A stretch of DNA of 64,000 nucleotides. Source: Carcharhinus amblyrhynchos. Lineage: Eukaryota. The notes below the pieces were generated by a model. It saw only the letters and a program-made list of their open reading frames with translations, made no database searches and had not been told where the DNA came from. The DNA lies in assembly GCA_965287045.1 (NCBI GenBank), contig OZ336873.1:56358001-56422000 (forward strand), written 5' to 3'. Both the position numbers and the translations under genes were made by a program. The first letter of the stretch is position 1. The number at the start of each line of letters is the position of its first letter. Shown piece after piece: positions 62,539 to 64,000 of this stretch.

Positions 62539-63756
62539 GTGGACGGAACTGGGATTGGGGATAGGGTAAGCCCGGAGGGTAGGAAGAAGGATCGGATTGT
62601 TTCTGAGGGTCTTCAGTGCATGTGTTTCAGTGCTAGGAGTGTGACTGGCAAAACAGATGGACTGAAGGCATTAATGTTCGAAAGGAAGTTGGAAGTGGTG
62701 GCAGTGACAGAGACTTGGTTAAAGGAAGGGCAGGACTGGCAGTTGAATGTTCCTGGGTATAAGTGTTTCAGGCACGATAGGGGTGGGTCGCTGAGAGGTG
62801 GGGGAGTGGCGTTGTTAGTTAAGGATTGCATCATAGCAGTGCAGAGGGAGGGAGGTATAAAGAATATAGGAATCGAGTCGCTATGGGTGGAGTTGAGGAA
62901 TAGGAAGGGAGATGTTACTATGTTGGGTGTGTACTACAGACCGCCCAACAGCCCGAGGGCTGTGGAAGAAGGGATAAGCAGGGACATTCTAGATAAGTGC
63001 AGGAAGAATAGGGTGGTGGTAGTGGGAGATTTTAATCTCCCCGGGGTAGATTGGAAGGTGCCGAGATCAGAGGGTGCTGACGGGGAGGAATTTGTACAGT
63101 GTGTAATGGAAGGATCCCTGGAGCAGTATGTGGATAGCCCGACCAGAGAGGGGGCGAGACTGGACTTGGTTCTGGGGAATGAGCTTGGGCAGGTGGTTGA
63201 CGTTGAAGTAGGAGAGCATGTGGCTAACAGTGACCACAACTCTGTCTGGTTTAAGATATTAATGGATAAAGATGAAGCCTGTCCTAAGGGGAGGGTGTTA
63301 AACTGGGGGAGGGCTAGATACAACCGGATTAGGCAGGATCTTAAAGATACGGACTGGGGTAAGCTGTTTGATGGCAGGTCGACGCTGGGTATGTGGGAGT
63401 CTCTCAAGGGAAAACTAAAATCTTTGCAGGAAAGACATGTGCCGGTCAAGAGGAAGGATGCGAAGGGTAGGATTAGAGAGCTGTGGGTAACTAGGGATAT
63501 TGAGGACCTGGTCAGGAGGAAGAGGGAGGCGTACATTGGATCTAGGCATTTGAGGACAGAGATAGCATTAGAAGAATACAGAGAATGTAGGAGAGAACTT
63601 AAAAGGGGCATCAGAAAGGCAAAAAGGGGCCACGAAATGGCTTTGGCGGGTAGGATTAAGGAAAATCCTAAGGCATTTTACTCCTATGTTAGAAACAAAA
63701 CAGGGACAGAGGAGGGGAACTATGCTTGGAGCCTGGGGGAATGGGGGAGATCTTGA
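62539..63756 (+). pseudogene. CR1 ORF2 N-terminus (apurinic-like endonuclease), frameshifted near 63700
   Basis: VTETWL, RGGGVAL, YYRPP, VGDFN, LDLVL and SDH. A 28-nt deletion relative to the sister copy (56830-56857) shifts the frame. Confidence 0.88.
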
Positions 63757-64000
63757 ATGAATACTTTGCGTCAGTATTCACGCAGGAGAGGGGCCTGATG
63801 TCTGGTGCTGTGCTTGAGGAGTTTGAGGATCCGTTGAGGGAAATAGTCATCACGAGGGAAGAGGTGTTGGGACTTTTAGACAGTATAAAGACGGATAAAT
63901 CTCTGGGGCCTGATGGCATCTATCCCAGGCTGCTAAGGGAGGTGAGGGATGAAATTGCTGGGCCTCTGACGCAAACCTTTGTCTCTTCTTTGGACACAGG

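Larger units (their letters stand above)
61295..64000 (+). mobile_element. CR1 LINE with intact 5' end (5' UTR, ORF1, ORF2 start); continues beyond the window
   Basis: Abrupt GC/purine shift at ~61297; ORF1 then ORF2 in tandem. Confidence 0.92.

Noticed and set aside
61975-63611. Long antisense ORFs (61975-62466, 62934-63611) and similar short ORFs across the track
   Set aside because: Shadow frames of purine-rich CR1 coding sequence, or chance ORFs without domain motifs.

Overview
Eukaryotic vertebrate DNA, most likely a cartilaginous fish (inferred from HE1/V-SINE-like and CR1/HER1-like repeats). Most of the window is retroelement-derived (CR1, RTE, Rex1/Babar, L2 and Gypsy relics, tRNA-derived SINEs, Penelope-type hammerhead elements). 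Two multi-exon immunoglobulin-superfamily receptor genes were reconstructed by hand from GT-AG splice sites and phase. Both have leader / germline-joined VJ-type V domain / C1 domain / TM organisation, and they lie head-to-head about 32 kb apart. Gene A (minus strand, ATG at 4875, running off the left edge) has an uncharged TM and a continuing cytoplasmic tail. Gene B (plus strand, 37116-41398, 253 aa) has an Arg at the start of the TM and stops right after it. This is the layout of an inhibitory/activating paired-receptor system built from non-rearranging, antigen-receptor-like V-C1 chains. An old direct segmental duplication (~9-28 kb vs ~45-61 kb) predicts another gene-B paralogue beyond the right edge. 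Short TSD-flanked palindromic elements carry minimal type I hammerhead ribozyme cores, one of them in the probable 3' UTR of gene B. Repeat boundaries are approximate, and family names come from motif recognition, not database searches.
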